64,000 nucleotides of DNA from Neocallimastix sp. 'constans'. Its lineage: Eukaryota. Shown here piece by piece: positions 63,450 to 64,000 of this stretch (position 1 is the first letter of the stretch; every line of letters starts with the position of its first letter). The notes under the pieces are model-generated. The model was not told the DNA's origin, did not search any database, and saw only the letters and a list, made by a program, of their open reading frames with translations. The stretch is taken from positions 310,001-374,000 of the forward strand of contig JBODTK010000157.1 of the NCBI GenBank assembly GCA_050613775.1. Reading direction: 5' to 3'. Both the position numbers and the translations under genes were made by a program.

Positions 63450-64000
63450 GAAAGTATTATACCCTTCGCACCTTCACTATTAGATGGTCCAGCGGTTTTG
63501 CATAAGATAATCTTTATGATGATAGCATTTTTTTAGAGGAACATTCATCATCATTTTGGTATGTGTCTCCCATATGCTTTACCACAATACATATATGATT
63601 TTCTACCTCCTCTGTATATACTGTCACAATGCACAATTAAGTTTTGCATAGATCGTTAAAAAGCACAGAAACCGTTAAAAACATTTATCAGATAAACCTT
63701 CTGAATTCGGGGGTACAGTTAGCATATATAGTGGTCATACTTCTTTCAGATTCAATATTCGTACACTGACATAATGTCAGTAATAATATACTTTTTCATT
63801 TTTCCATCTTTCATCCTGGGAATTCAATAAAATTCTCCATATAGCGATTATCAGTTTTAACTCATAAATTGTCTTTACAATAAAAGGATAAAAAGAACAC
63901 ATTCTTTTATCTTTAATACTTTATCTTTGGTAAGATATTTGGGGATATCATCATACGTCATATCATCATATATATTGAATCTTCACCATTAATGAAAATG
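63450..64000 (-). pseudogene. Cys-rich membrane/secreted protein pseudogene, cut off at the window end
   Basis: Across frameshifts: CSFYPFYCKDNL, LSDKCF.NGFCAFND, IVHCDSIYRGGRKSYMYCGKAYG, DDECSSKKC, TAGPSNSEGAKG followed by a hydrophobic tail; resembles a Cys-rich family I recall as expanded in anaerobic fungi. Confidence 0.6.

Overview
Extremely AT-rich eukaryotic DNA with GT-AG introns, poly-A/T tracts and (AAT)n/(TAAA)n microsatellites. Gene content and composition fit an anaerobic gut fungus (Neocallimastigomycota); this is an inference. Most ORFs in the supplied track are microsatellite artefacts. Apparently intact genes: a small basic protein (8861-9223, -), an intronless secreted PI-PLC (18147-19142, +), a multi-exon receptor with a long ectodomain, EGF-like module and class-C-like 7TM (20683-27854, -), a SAXO/FAM154-like axonemal microtubule protein (31427-34459, -), a two-exon membrane-anchored protein (45843-47261, -) and a bacterial-type SMI1/KNR4 (SUKH) protein (60263-60994, -). 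Decayed material: a bacterial-type IS1595 transposase, a Ty1/copia element with a TG..CA LTR, a large secreted B-lectin-like pseudogene, a truncated PI-PLC paralog and a Cys-rich pseudogene. The most striking item is a ~3.9 kb RNF213-like AAA+ ATPase pseudogene that runs in frame into an Argonaute (L1-PAZ-L2-MID start) pseudogene. All family calls come from manual translation and motif recall, not database searches. No rRNA, tRNA or CRISPR array was seen.
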